Assembly (NCBI GenBank): GCA_944350335.1
Contig: CALVOQ010000002.1
Location: 1 to 42,871, forward strand
Source: an uncultured Bacilli bacterium
GTDB lineage: Bacteria > Bacillota_I > Bacilli_A > RF39 > UBA660
Reading direction: 5' to 3'
Length of the DNA stretch: 42,871 bases
Position numbers and translations under genes: made by a program. Positions 26,712-35,575 of this stretch are shown here, piece by piece (position 1 is the stretch's first letter; the number at the start of each line of letters is the position of its first letter). Below the pieces are notes generated by a model. The model was not told where the DNA came from. It saw only the letters and a program-made list of their open reading frames with translations, and did not search any database.

Positions 26712-26947
26712 TGAATAATTATGAAGAAGTAATAACGTTAGATAATGAAGATTTTCTAATCGTTTCTAAAATGAATTATGAAGGAAAAAACTATTTATAT
26801 GTTAATTCTCTAGTAAATGAGAGTGATTATTCTATACTGGAAGAATATGAAAAAGATGGAAAAACACTTGTTAAAAGTATAGATCATGATAAATATGAAC
26901 TTCTTATGAATTTATTTACTAAAAAATTGATAAATGATAATAATTGA
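26711..26947 (+). CDS. DUF1292-like small acidic protein
   Basis: ITLDNEDFLIVSKMNYEGKNYLYVNSL...ILEEYEKDGKTLVKSIDHDKYELLMNLF follows the DUF1292 pattern. ATGA overlap with the upstream stop. Confidence 0.55.
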   Translation: MNNYEEVITLDNEDFLIVSKMNYEGKNYLYVNSLVNESDYSILEEYEKDGKTLVKSIDHDKYELLMNLFTKKLINDNN

Positions 26948-26998
26948 TTTTTGTTTTTATTAATGTTATTATTAAACCATAAATTAGGAGAATAAATA

Positions 26999-27526
26999 AT
27001 GGGCTTTGTTATGAAATTTAAAAATGGTTTTACTTTAATTGAGTTAATTGTTGTAATAGCAATTATCGCGTTGGTGTCTATTTTAGCTATACCTAACGTA
27101 ATATCTATTTATCATGAAGCTAGACTTAATTCATTTTTAGATGAAGCTAAGTCTATCTATAGAAATGTTGAAACCAGTTATAATAGTGACTTTCTTGAGG
27201 AAACGATAAAAGTTGATAGGTATTGCGATAGTGATGCTAGTTATGTTAGAAAGTTAAAACTTACAAAGCCTGATGATATTGCCTACGATATAGAATTAAA
27301 TAATGGTGAAATTATCAAATTTTATGTAGTAAATGATAGATATCAGTTATTACTTAGTGGTAGTCCTGTAAAAATAAGTGATATTAAAGTAAATAATGTT
27401 CAAGAGTTAAATAATTTTGAGTATGACTGTAATGGCAACTATGGTATATATTGTAACGTAAACAATTTACCATGCGTAGTTGTTCCTTCTTTTGATTATG
27501 TTATTGTAAATGATAGTAATTTATAG
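26999..27526 (+). CDS. type IV pilin/pseudopilin-like protein (class III signal peptide), 4 Cys
   Basis: MGFVMKFKNG|FTLIELIVVIAIIALVSIL is the prepilin cleavage/methylation motif with Glu+5. Mature-domain Cys at RYCDSD and DCNGNYGIYCNVNNLPC. RBS aggag. Confidence 0.75.
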   Translation: MGFVMKFKNGFTLIELIVVIAIIALVSILAIPNVISIYHEARLNSFLDEAKSIYRNVETSYNSDFLEETIKVDRYCDSDASYVRKLKLTKPDDIAYDIELNNGEIIKFYVVNDRYQLLLSGSPVKISDIKVNNVQELNNFEYDCNGNYGIYCNVNNLPCVVVPSFDYVIVNDSNL

Positions 27527-27539
27527 AAAGGATAAACTG

Positions 27540-27941
27540 ATGAAAAAAGGATTTACATTGTTAGAACTATTGGCTGTCGTGGGCCTAATAGGGCTACTTT
27601 TAGTAATTTTAGTGCCCTCTACCATAAAAATACTGGATAATAGTATTGCAAACACTATGAAAATTCAAGAGGAAGAAGTAGAAGAAGCTGCTATAATGTA
27701 TTTGGAAGATTTTTGTAAAACACCAATAGATAATTCTAAAATTTGTACTTTGAGTAAGACCATTACTGATGGTATCGTGTATTATAATGGAGAAATAAAT
27801 TTGGATGTTTTAGTTTCTAATAATTATATTGATAATATTACACTTAGAGATCAAAGCTGTGTGGGTAAAGTTATTATTTCCAATAATGAGGCGCAAGCAT
27901 TTTTGAAGTGTGGAGATATATATACTACAAATGGTTACTAA
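27540..27941 (+). CDS. type IV pilin/pseudopilin-like protein (class III signal peptide), 4 Cys
   Basis: MKKG|FTLLELLAVVGLIGLLLVIL prepilin motif. Cys pairs at DFCKTPIDNSKIC and QSCVGKV...LKCG. RBS aaagga 7 nt upstream. Confidence 0.75.
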   Translation: MKKGFTLLELLAVVGLIGLLLVILVPSTIKILDNSIANTMKIQEEEVEEAAIMYLEDFCKTPIDNSKICTLSKTITDGIVYYNGEINLDVLVSNNYIDNITLRDQSCVGKVIISNNEAQAFLKCGDIYTTNGY

Positions 27942-27967
27942 ATGGTTGGCTGAAAAAATATATAAGT

Positions 27968-27998
27968 AAGTTTTTGATAATCAAAAACTTATTTTTTT
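27968..27998 (+). terminator. rho-independent terminator after the pilin genes
   Basis: aagtttttga (27968-27977) pairs with tcaaaaactt (27981-27990), loop taa, then a+ttttttt. Confidence 0.7.
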
Positions 27999-28030
27999 AC
28001 TTTAAACTTAATTGATTTTGATATCATAAG

Positions 28031-28059
28031 TTTACAAAAACAAAAAAAATGTGTATACT
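28031..28059 (+). promoter_or_regulatory. promoter upstream of the thioredoxin-like operon
   Basis: TTTACA (28031-28036), 17 nt ending in TGtG, TATACT (28054-28059). This leaves a leader of about 200 nt before 28265. Confidence 0.45.
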
Positions 28060-28264
28060 TATTACATGGCTACAAGTAAATTAACTATAACGTATAAATA
28101 TAAAAATGCCACACATTTGAAATATGTATGATAGTAAAAATAGCAAATATGACAAAAATTTAAATGATAATTTGTTCACAAGTTGGCTATCAAAAGTAAA
28201 ACTCTAATTAAAAGAAAGGAAATAATACTACTAGTTTTTTAAAGACTCTTAGTGTTATAAAGGG

Positions 28265-28540
28265 GTGATTAATATAAAAATTATAAAGTATGGTACTGCT
28301 TGGTGTATGAGTTGCATTGTTATGGATAACGTTATTAAGGATTTAAAGGATATTTATGAATTTGAATATGTTTGTTACGACTTGGATAATGATAGGGAAA
28401 AGTTTTTGAATTTTGATGAAAATGAGAAATTACCTGTTATAGAATTTGTTGATAATAATGGTAACGTTTTAAAAACAATTAACGGCGAACATAGTAAAAA
28501 AGAAGTTGAGAATATTTTAATTAGTTTGGAGGAAAAATAA
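28265..28540 (+). CDS. small cytoplasmic thioredoxin/glutaredoxin-fold protein (CxxC = CMSC)
   Basis: KIIKYGTAWCMSCIVMDNVIKDL...LPVIEFVD..G is a Trx-fold pattern. The start codon is uncertain because GTG 28265 abuts the aaagggg SD. Confidence 0.6.
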   Translation: MINIKIIKYGTAWCMSCIVMDNVIKDLKDIYEFEYVCYDLDNDREKFLNFDENEKLPVIEFVDNNGNVLKTINGEHSKKEVENILISLEEK

Positions 28541-28541
28541 A

Positions 28542-29801
28542 GTGAAAAAAATATGTTTATTCTTACTTTGTTTGTTTTTGTTTTCACCTGTTATTAATGC
28601 AGAAGAAAAACACATAAATATTTACTTATTTCATAGTAGAACCTGTAATCATTGTAAAGAAGAACTTGCTTGGTTTGATGAGTATTTAGAAGATAATTCC
28701 AATGTGGTTTTATATGAATATGAAATAAGTGAAAATAATAATAGGCAAAAATATTATGATGTTCAAGAAATACTAGATTATAATGCTAGTGGTGTTCCTT
28801 TTTTAGTTATCGGAGAAGAAGTAGTAGTTGGATTTAATGAATCTTTGAAATCCAGAATTGAAACTTTAATAAAATACTATTTAGAAACTGATTATGCGGA
28901 TGAAGTAGGAGAGTATTTGAATGTTGATGTCTATGAACCAGATTTGGGTGTTGATGATGTTCCCATAGAAGATGAAGAAAATAATACTAACGTATCAGAT
29001 GAAGAAAACGTTGATAATGAGCAAAGCGTTACTGAAGAAGAATTAAATAATTTTGAGGTCCCATTATTGGGAGAATTTAATGCAAAAGATGTATCTTTAC
29101 CTATACTTTCTATTGTAATGGGGTTTGTAGATGGATTTAATCCTTGTGCATTATGGATACTTGTATTCTTAATTACAATGTTATTTGGGATGAAAGACAA
29201 GAAAAAGATGTGGATATTAGGAAGTACTTTTTTAATAACTAGTGGCTTAGTTTACATGCTTTTTATGGTATCATGGCTTAATTTAGCAATGTTTATTTCT
29301 AGTGTAAATGCTATAAGAATAATGATATCTGCGTTTGCCATTATATTTGGTCTTTACAATATTTATAATTTTATTAAAACTAAAAATGATGATGTTGGTT
29401 GTACTGTAACTAACAAAAATAGTAGGATAAAAATAATGAACAAAATTCGCTTAATTATATCTCAAAAATATTTTATATTTTCTATTATAGGTATTGTTTT
29501 ACTAGCAATATCAGTAAACGTTTTAGAGTTACTTTGTTCCTTAGGGCTACCCATAATTTTTACGCAAGTATTAGCTTTAAATAATTTAAGCATTTTAGAA
29601 TATTCAATTTATATATTATTGTATGTATTGTTTTTTATGATAGATGATTTTATCATATTTATTGCTGCTATGAAAACACTTGAAATAAAAGCGGTTTCAA
29701 GTAAATACACTAAGTATTCTCATCTTATAGGTGGAATTATCATGGTGATAATTGGCCTATTAATGATATTTAAACCCGAATGGTTAATGTTTAATTTTTA
29801 A
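28542..29801 (+). CDS. exported Trx-fold domain (CNHC) fused to a polytopic DsbD/CcdA-like membrane domain
   Basis: Signal peptide MKKICLFLLCLFLFSPVINA. YLFHSRTCNHCKEELAWF...GVPFLVIG Trx/Grx fold. Acidic linker. About 6 TM segments with membrane-embedded Cys in DGFNPCALWILVFL and LELLCSLGLP. Confidence 0.6.
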   Translation: MKKICLFLLCLFLFSPVINAEEKHINIYLFHSRTCNHCKEELAWFDEYLEDNSNVVLYEYEISENNNRQKYYDVQEILDYNASGVPFLVIGEEVVVGFNESLKSRIETLIKYYLETDYADEVGEYLNVDVYEPDLGVDDVPIEDEENNTNVSDEENVDNEQSVTEEELNNFEVPLLGEFNAKDVSLPILSIVMGFVDGFNPCALWILVFLITMLFGMKDKKKMWILGSTFLITSGLVYMLFMVSWLNLAMFISSVNAIRIMISAFAIIFGLYNIYNFIKTKNDDVGCTVTNKNSRIKIMNKIRLIISQKYFIFSIIGIVLLAISVNVLELLCSLGLPIIFTQVLALNNLSILEYSIYILLYVLFFMIDDFIIFIAAMKTLEIKAVSSKYTKYSHLIGGIIMVIIGLLMIFKPEWLMFNF

Positions 29802-29816
29802 GCTTATGAGCACAAT

Positions 29817-29844
29817 AAAACCTCTAGATATCTTTAGAGGTTTT
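29817..29844. terminator. bidirectional terminator shared by convergent 28542 gene and cysS
   Basis: aaaacctcta (29817-29826) pairs with tagaggtttt (29835-29844). It overlaps the cysS stop codon. Confidence 0.65.
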
Positions 29845-31249
29845 TATCTGTTTTTCTATCGTTGACTTCATAACCTAATTTGGTTAATTCGTCTCTTATT
29901 TTGTCGCTTAATTCATAATTCTTGTTGTTTCTTAGTTCACTTCTTAAATCTAATATAAAGTTTAATAATTCTTCATCTTTTTTATTTTCTTGTTCTTCAA
30001 GTTCAAGTCCTAAGATATTTATAGCACTTTCTTCTATAAAACTTTCAAGATACTTTAATTTATATATATCTTTTTCGCTATTATTTAATTCTGAGTTTGC
30101 TAGTTTTATCGCTTCATATATATAACTAATGGCTAATGCCGTATTAAAGTCATCATTCATTGCTTCTATAAATTGATTTTTTAGATTTTTAACGTCATCA
30201 TATTTGTTTTTATTTTCAACACCAACTGTTACCTTTTTTATTTTATAATAAGTTTTTTCAATTTTTTCATAATTCTTTATTGCTTCGTTTAGTTTTTCTT
30301 TATCGAAGTCAGTTGGTCTTCGATAATGTGTTAATAGTATATAAAACCTGATTACTTTTGGGCTATATTCTTTAAACAAATCCGGAAGAGTTATAAAGTT
30401 ACCTAACGATTTCCCCATTTTTTGACCATTAACTGTGACTAAATTGTTGTGTACAAAATAATTTACAAAAGATTTACCATTTAATGATTCTGATTGTGCA
30501 ATTTCACATTCATGATGTGGAAATATATTATCCATTCCACCGCCATGTATATCAAAAGTTTCTCCTAAGTATTTTTTTGACATCACAGAACATTCTATAT
30601 GCCATCCAGGATAACCTATTCCCCATGGACTAGGCCATTTCATTATGTGATTTTTTTCTGCGTGTTTCCATAGTGCAAAATCATCTGGGTTTTCTTTATC
30701 ATTCTTTATTTCGATTCGCTCTCCACTTAAATTTTCTTCAATATTTCTTCTTGATAATTGTCCATAATTTTTATATTTTTTTACTCTAAAATATACATTT
30801 CCCTCATTAGTTACATAAGCATAATCTTTTTCAATAAGCATTTTTATTGCTTCGATTATTTCTAATATGTGTCCAGTCGCACGACAACTTATTGTTGGTC
30901 TTTCTATATTTAATTTATCCATACATTCAAAATATATATTTTCATAATTATATGCAATTGCAACAGGATCAGTTTGTTCAATTTTAGCTTGCCTTTCAAT
31001 TTTGTCTTCGCCTTCGTCAACGTCTCCCACTAAATGACCAACATCAGTAATATTTTGTACATATTTTACACAATAACCAAGATATTTTAAATACCTATGT
31101 ATTATATCAAAACTTATATAACTTTTGGCATGTCCTAAATGAGGATATCCATAAACAGTAGGTCCACAGACATATAAACCTACTTTCTTTTCATTTATGC
31201 TTTTAAATTCTTCTTTTTTTCTTGTTAACGTATTATATACCTTTAACAT
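29834..31249 (-). CDS. cysS: cysteine--tRNA ligase
   Basis: YVCGPTVYGYPHLGHAKS (HIGH), KMGKSLGN (KMSKS), and Zn ligand contexts HIECS and HHECEIAQ. RBS aggagga. Possible own extended -10 TGaTATAAT at 31278-31270. Confidence 0.92.
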   Translation of the reverse strand: MLKVYNTLTRKKEEFKSINEKKVGLYVCGPTVYGYPHLGHAKSYISFDIIHRYLKYLGYCVKYVQNITDVGHLVGDVDEGEDKIERQAKIEQTDPVAIAYNYENIYFECMDKLNIERPTISCRATGHILEIIEAIKMLIEKDYAYVTNEGNVYFRVKKYKNYGQLSRRNIEENLSGERIEIKNDKENPDDFALWKHAEKNHIMKWPSPWGIGYPGWHIECSVMSKKYLGETFDIHGGGMDNIFPHHECEIAQSESLNGKSFVNYFVHNNLVTVNGQKMGKSLGNFITLPDLFKEYSPKVIRFYILLTHYRRPTDFDKEKLNEAIKNYEKIEKTYYKIKKVTVGVENKNKYDDVKNLKNQFIEAMNDDFNTALAISYIYEAIKLANSELNNSEKDIYKLKYLESFIEESAINILGLELEEQENKKDEELLNFILDLRSELRNNKNYELSDKIRDELTKLGYEVNDRKTDKNL

Positions 31250-31299
31250 ATACTCCTCCTATATGATATATTATATCATTATATATGTTTTTGTGAATA

Positions 31300-32085
31300 T
31301 TAAAATGGTCTATTGATTAATCTATAGGTAGGAGCCTTTTCTAAAACTTTATCACTTAAACAATAATTTAAAAAATCCATTATTTCCTCATAATTTGGAT
31401 CATATTTAGTTAGTATATCTATGTATTGTGGTGCCAAATTTATGCTTTCAAAAACTTCTTCATTAGTCATTTGAGGATTATTACTTTTCTTTAATCTTAT
31501 ATAATTTACGATTAATTCCATTGTTTTGTGATACGTAGCTTCTTCATCTGACTTATTTGGTACATCATCAATATGTATATATTCACCATCTATATCAACT
31601 AACTCAGGCATTAATGTAGACTTTTCAATTAAAATATTTTGTTCATGTACATCAGTTGGATAAATACAATATGTTGTTAATTCATTTACCGATTTACATA
31701 TTTCTCGAAATGTTTTTAAAACTGTTTCGTCACTTTCAAAATAATGCATAACCAATGGAAGGTGGTTGTTATGATATTTTAATATGCAACCAACAGTCAA
31801 TCCATTTAGTGTAACGCGTCCTTTTGGCAAACTAGTTCTTCCTATTAAATTCTGTCTTAATTCTAAATCAAGTATTCTATTATGATATATTTCGCTTGCA
31901 TCAAGCTCAAGGTCGTTTGGTCTTCTATCAGAGTTAATAATATAATCCCTAAATATTCCGTAGTATATTTTTAGTGTTTCAGTATCTGTAAATTTAAACA
32001 CTCTACCTTCGTTTCCTTTTCCTATAAAATTATCTGATGTTAAACTTGTTTTCTTTATTTCATCAGTTAAAATGATTTCTCTCAT
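31300..32085 (-). CDS. small protein-kinase-fold (ePK/APH-like) protein, unknown substrate
   Basis: Gly-rich loop IGKGNEGRVFKF, candidate beta3 Lys in TLKIYYG, catalytic loop PTDVHEQNILI (D..x4..N), metal-binding LVDIDGE. RBS aaggagga. Confidence 0.55.
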   Translation of the reverse strand: MREIILTDEIKKTSLTSDNFIGKGNEGRVFKFTDTETLKIYYGIFRDYIINSDRRPNDLELDASEIYHNRILDLELRQNLIGRTSLPKGRVTLNGLTVGCILKYHNNHLPLVMHYFESDETVLKTFREICKSVNELTTYCIYPTDVHEQNILIEKSTLMPELVDIDGEYIHIDDVPNKSDEEATYHKTMELIVNYIRLKKSNNPQMTNEEVFESINLAPQYIDILTKYDPNYEEIMDFLNYCLSDKVLEKAPTYRLINRPF

Positions 32086-32109
32086 GTCTTCCTCCTTATT
32101 TGAGTAAAT

Positions 32110-32138
32110 ATATTATCAAAATATATTTAATATGTCAA
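32110..32138 (-). promoter_or_regulatory. promoter of the kinase-fold gene (and possibly cysS)
   Basis: Minus strand: TTGACA (32138-32133), 17 nt, TAATAT (32115-32110), about 20 nt upstream of the RBS. Confidence 0.5.
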
Positions 32139-32164
32139 TTTGAAAAATATGTGATATTATATTC

Positions 32165-33215
32165 ACGACAAAAAGAACTGAGTTTCCTCAATTTTTAAAT
32201 TTTGGTAAAGCTGGCAATTATGCATTTATAATGATGTTTACTTTCAGATTGTTTTTTTCTAAAAAACAAATAAATAGGATTATTTTTATCTGAATGAGCA
32301 GATATTTGTAATAATGTTGTAACTACATTAAATAAAATAGTCTACCAAATTTCCAACTTCAGCTAAAAATAAAGCAATAGAAAATTTTTCAAAACCTAAA
32401 AATTGAATTAATAATATCAAATAATTTTTTATCTATCATTTCATTAATAAGTTGACTTTTGATTTTATTAATTTCTGATTTATAATATTGAATCATTTTA
32501 ATCACTTGTACAAGATTTTGAAATTGGTAAGAATCTAAAGCAACAAAACATAAAGAATTAGATGCTAAATCTTTCATTTTTAAAACTTTATTTTTAAATC
32601 TATAAGCTTGAGTAGTTCCATTTTTTTCTTTTAAATAATTCATTAACTAATCAATTCTACGATTAATAAAAAATTTTAGATGAGGAAAATCATGAATAAA
32701 GTTTAAAGCTAAGTCATGATATAAATTTTTAAAAATTAAAGAAAACTCAGGAAAAACAATATCAATAAGTTGTCTATATCTATTTTCAAATCTAGTTTGT
32801 CCTTAAATTAAAGACCAATATTATTTAGCTAAAGGATTATATATAAAATAACCATCTAGTTTTTGATAAAAATTATCAATAGTACTATAATAACATCTAG
32901 CGATTTTAAGCAATCTAATTTATCAGTTTTAGATTTATTTAAGATATCTTTAAATTGTTTAACTAATTTAGGATTTATAACTACAGTATCGACACCTTTA
33001 AATCTAAAATAATTTTCGACAGGTAAATGATAAATAGAATTGGATTCCACAATAACAACTAAATTGGAATATTCTTTAACTTTATTAAATAATAAATCAA
33101 ATTCATCTTTTTTATGTTCGATTAAAGAAGAATTAATAATTACATTTCTTAATTGATCAATAAAACAATAAACACTTTTATCTTTGGCAATATCAAAACT
33201 TAAAATATGTCTCAT
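32165..33215 (-). mobile_element. IS110-family transposase remnant (multiple stops and frameshifts)
   Basis: N-terminus MRHILSFDIAKDKSVYCFID...VVIVESNSIYH...VINPKLVKQF...KSKTDKLD is a DEDD/IS110 N-domain. The middle, in another frame, reads ..GQTRFENRYRQLIDIVFPEF... A further frameshifted GFEKFSIALFLAEVGNLVDYF corresponds to (IPGIG..TA..LLAEIGD..RF). At least 4 in-frame TAA/TAG stops and at least 3 frame changes. Confidence 0.6.
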
Positions 33216-33488
33216 AAATTAAATCTTTCACTAAAATTTCGGTTAAACCATATTCGATCACTTATATTCCTAAATGTTTAATCATCTGAACTCTAACGTT
33301 TCATTATTTATAATCAAATTAATAAATAAGCATATGGCAGACATTCACAAAAATGTACTTGAAGTACCTGCTATAATCCGTCTTTACCGATGTTTGTTAT
33401 AATAGCAAAAAACACAATGAAATCAATATGTTAATCTTAAAATCTTTATGTTTAGAATTATATATGTTATAATTATTGTGAGGTTATT

Positions 33489-34700
33489 ATGGCAGAACAA
33501 ATTATTGAGGTTTGTAAAAGAATAAAGGCATTATCCGTTTGTAGTTCATGTGGAGGTAAATATAAGCAAGACGTTTGTATTTATTGTGAAACTAAAAATA
33601 ATGAGTTAACAGAACTTATTTTTAAATTAAATAATTTGGTTAATAATTTTAGAAATCAAGTAAAACTTTCTTATATAATAGGTGTTAATATTCTTTTTAA
33701 TTATTTATACTCAATTAATAGTTTTGAAATATATTCAGTTAATAAACTACTATTAGATGCTAATTATCATATAGTATTGGAAAATAATTTTCAAAATATA
33801 ATAAAAAAAATAAATGAAGGGGCCACATTGAAAACATCTGATTATGAATTTTTATCGTTCTTCTTAATTAATAATCAATTTAAAGATGATATAAAATTAT
33901 ACGTTACAAATACTTTGATAAAAGGAATAGCTAATAGGGAATATGTACCTGATGTTGATTCATTAAATGATTTGGTAAAAATTTTTGTAGAAGAGTCTGT
34001 TAAAAATGTAATTGGATTAAAGGGTGCAAAATGTAAAATTGTTGAATATGAGAAAGAAAAGATTTGTGGTTCAACTATTTTCGGAACAATTTTAATTAAT
34101 AGAAATCAAATTAATCATTTAGTACAAGGGAATATAACATATTTGTTCAATACACTTTTTCATGAAATGATCCATGTACTGCAGTATCAAAGAAGGAAAA
34201 ATGGAAACATATCAACTTATGACATGCTACAAATAAAAGATTGTATTTTAAGTGAATTAAATAGAGACTATTATGAGAATAATTATTATTTATTGTCTAC
34301 TGAGAATCAGGCTTTTTTAAATGAAGGAAAAGAAACTTTAAGTTATATGTCTAAATTAGGGATAAAACCCAGTGAAAAAGAAATTGAAGATATTAATAAA
34401 AATCATGAATTTCATAGAAAAATTTATGGAGTTACAACAAGATTATGGAATGGAAAACCATGTGATATAGAAACTTTGTTCGATAGTGTAATTTTTGATA
34501 ATCCTAAAATTTTAGCACAATATCCCCAATTATCGTTAGAATATGTTGTTGAAAATAATGTTGTTAGAAGAAAGACTACAGAAGAATTACAAAGTGAGTA
34601 TAATGATTATTTAAATGGTAAACTAAAATTAAATGGTAGTCAAGAAGAAATAATTTCTTATTTTGATAATTTATTATCTATGAATCGAAAAATAACATAA
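33489..34700 (+). CDS. Zn-ribbon plus HExxH (putative zinc metallopeptidase-like) protein, unknown family
   Basis: N-terminal CSSCGGKYKQDVCIYC (CxxC-N9-CxxC). LFHEMIHVLQY (HExxH) near residue 225, with a possible third ligand in STENQAF. RBS gtgagg. Confidence 0.55.
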   Translation: MAEQIIEVCKRIKALSVCSSCGGKYKQDVCIYCETKNNELTELIFKLNNLVNNFRNQVKLSYIIGVNILFNYLYSINSFEIYSVNKLLLDANYHIVLENNFQNIIKKINEGATLKTSDYEFLSFFLINNQFKDDIKLYVTNTLIKGIANREYVPDVDSLNDLVKIFVEESVKNVIGLKGAKCKIVEYEKEKICGSTIFGTILINRNQINHLVQGNITYLFNTLFHEMIHVLQYQRRKNGNISTYDMLQIKDCILSELNRDYYENNYYLLSTENQAFLNEGKETLSYMSKLGIKPSEKEIEDINKNHEFHRKIYGVTTRLWNGKPCDIETLFDSVIFDNPKILAQYPQLSLEYVVENNVVRRKTTEELQSEYNDYLNGKLKLNGSQEEIISYFDNLLSMNRKIT

Positions 34701-34835
34701 AAAAATATGAAAATAGTAAAAAAAGTATATGATAAATATTGATTTTAATCTAAATTATTTATGATTTATATCTTTTTTATAGGTTAGATGCTATAATTAA
34801 TTTATTAATAAATAAAATATATTAGGTGATTTTTT

Positions 34836-35573
34836 ATGACATTTAAAGTTAATAATGTTAATATTAATTATGTGATGTATGGTGATAGAAATCGTTCTAC
34901 ATTAGTTTTTTTACATGGTTGGGGACAAAATATAGAAATGATGAAAAAGTTGGCAGATAATTTTAAAAATAGATTTAATATTTTAATAATAGATTTACCA
35001 GGGTTTGGATTAAGTAGTGAGCCAACTTATGCTTGGAGCGTTTATGATTATTCTGATGCGGTTCATAATTTGATAATACACTTAAAACTACAAGACATTT
35101 CTTTAATTGGACATTCATTCGGCGGGAAAGTATCAATTGTTTATGCTAGTAAATACAATGTCAATAAGATGGTGTTATTAGCAAGTCCTTTTAAAAAAGA
35201 AGTAGAAAACTTGTCGTTGAAAACAAAAATACTAAAATTTATTATGAAAGTTCCTGGGCTCAAAACACTAGGCAATAAAATGAAAAAAAGAATGGGGTCG
35301 ACTGATTATAGAAATGCTAGCGATATGATGAGAAATGTTTTAGTTAAAACTGTAAATACAGATGTTGTTGATGAAGCAAAAAAGATTAGTTGTCCCACAT
35401 TACTAATTTGGGGTACTAATGATACTGCTGTATCAATAAAACGTGCATATGAATTAGAAAGCTTAATTAAAGATAGTGCAGTAATAAAATTTGAAGGCGC
35501 TAGTCACTATGCGTATTTGGAACGATTAAATGAAGTTGTCAATATACTAAATTCATTTTTTGGAGGTAATTAA
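34836..35573 (+). CDS. alpha/beta-fold hydrolase
   Basis: LVFLHGWGQN oxyanion region, nucleophile elbow GHSFGG, and C-terminal GASHYAYLE His. It ends 2 nt before murF. Confidence 0.75.
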   Translation: MTFKVNNVNINYVMYGDRNRSTLVFLHGWGQNIEMMKKLADNFKNRFNILIIDLPGFGLSSEPTYAWSVYDYSDAVHNLIIHLKLQDISLIGHSFGGKVSIVYASKYNVNKMVLLASPFKKEVENLSLKTKILKFIMKVPGLKTLGNKMKKRMGSTDYRNASDMMRNVLVKTVNTDVVDEAKKISCPTLLIWGTNDTAVSIKRAYELESLIKDSAVIKFEGASHYAYLERLNEVVNILNSFFGGN

Positions 35574-35575
35574 TT

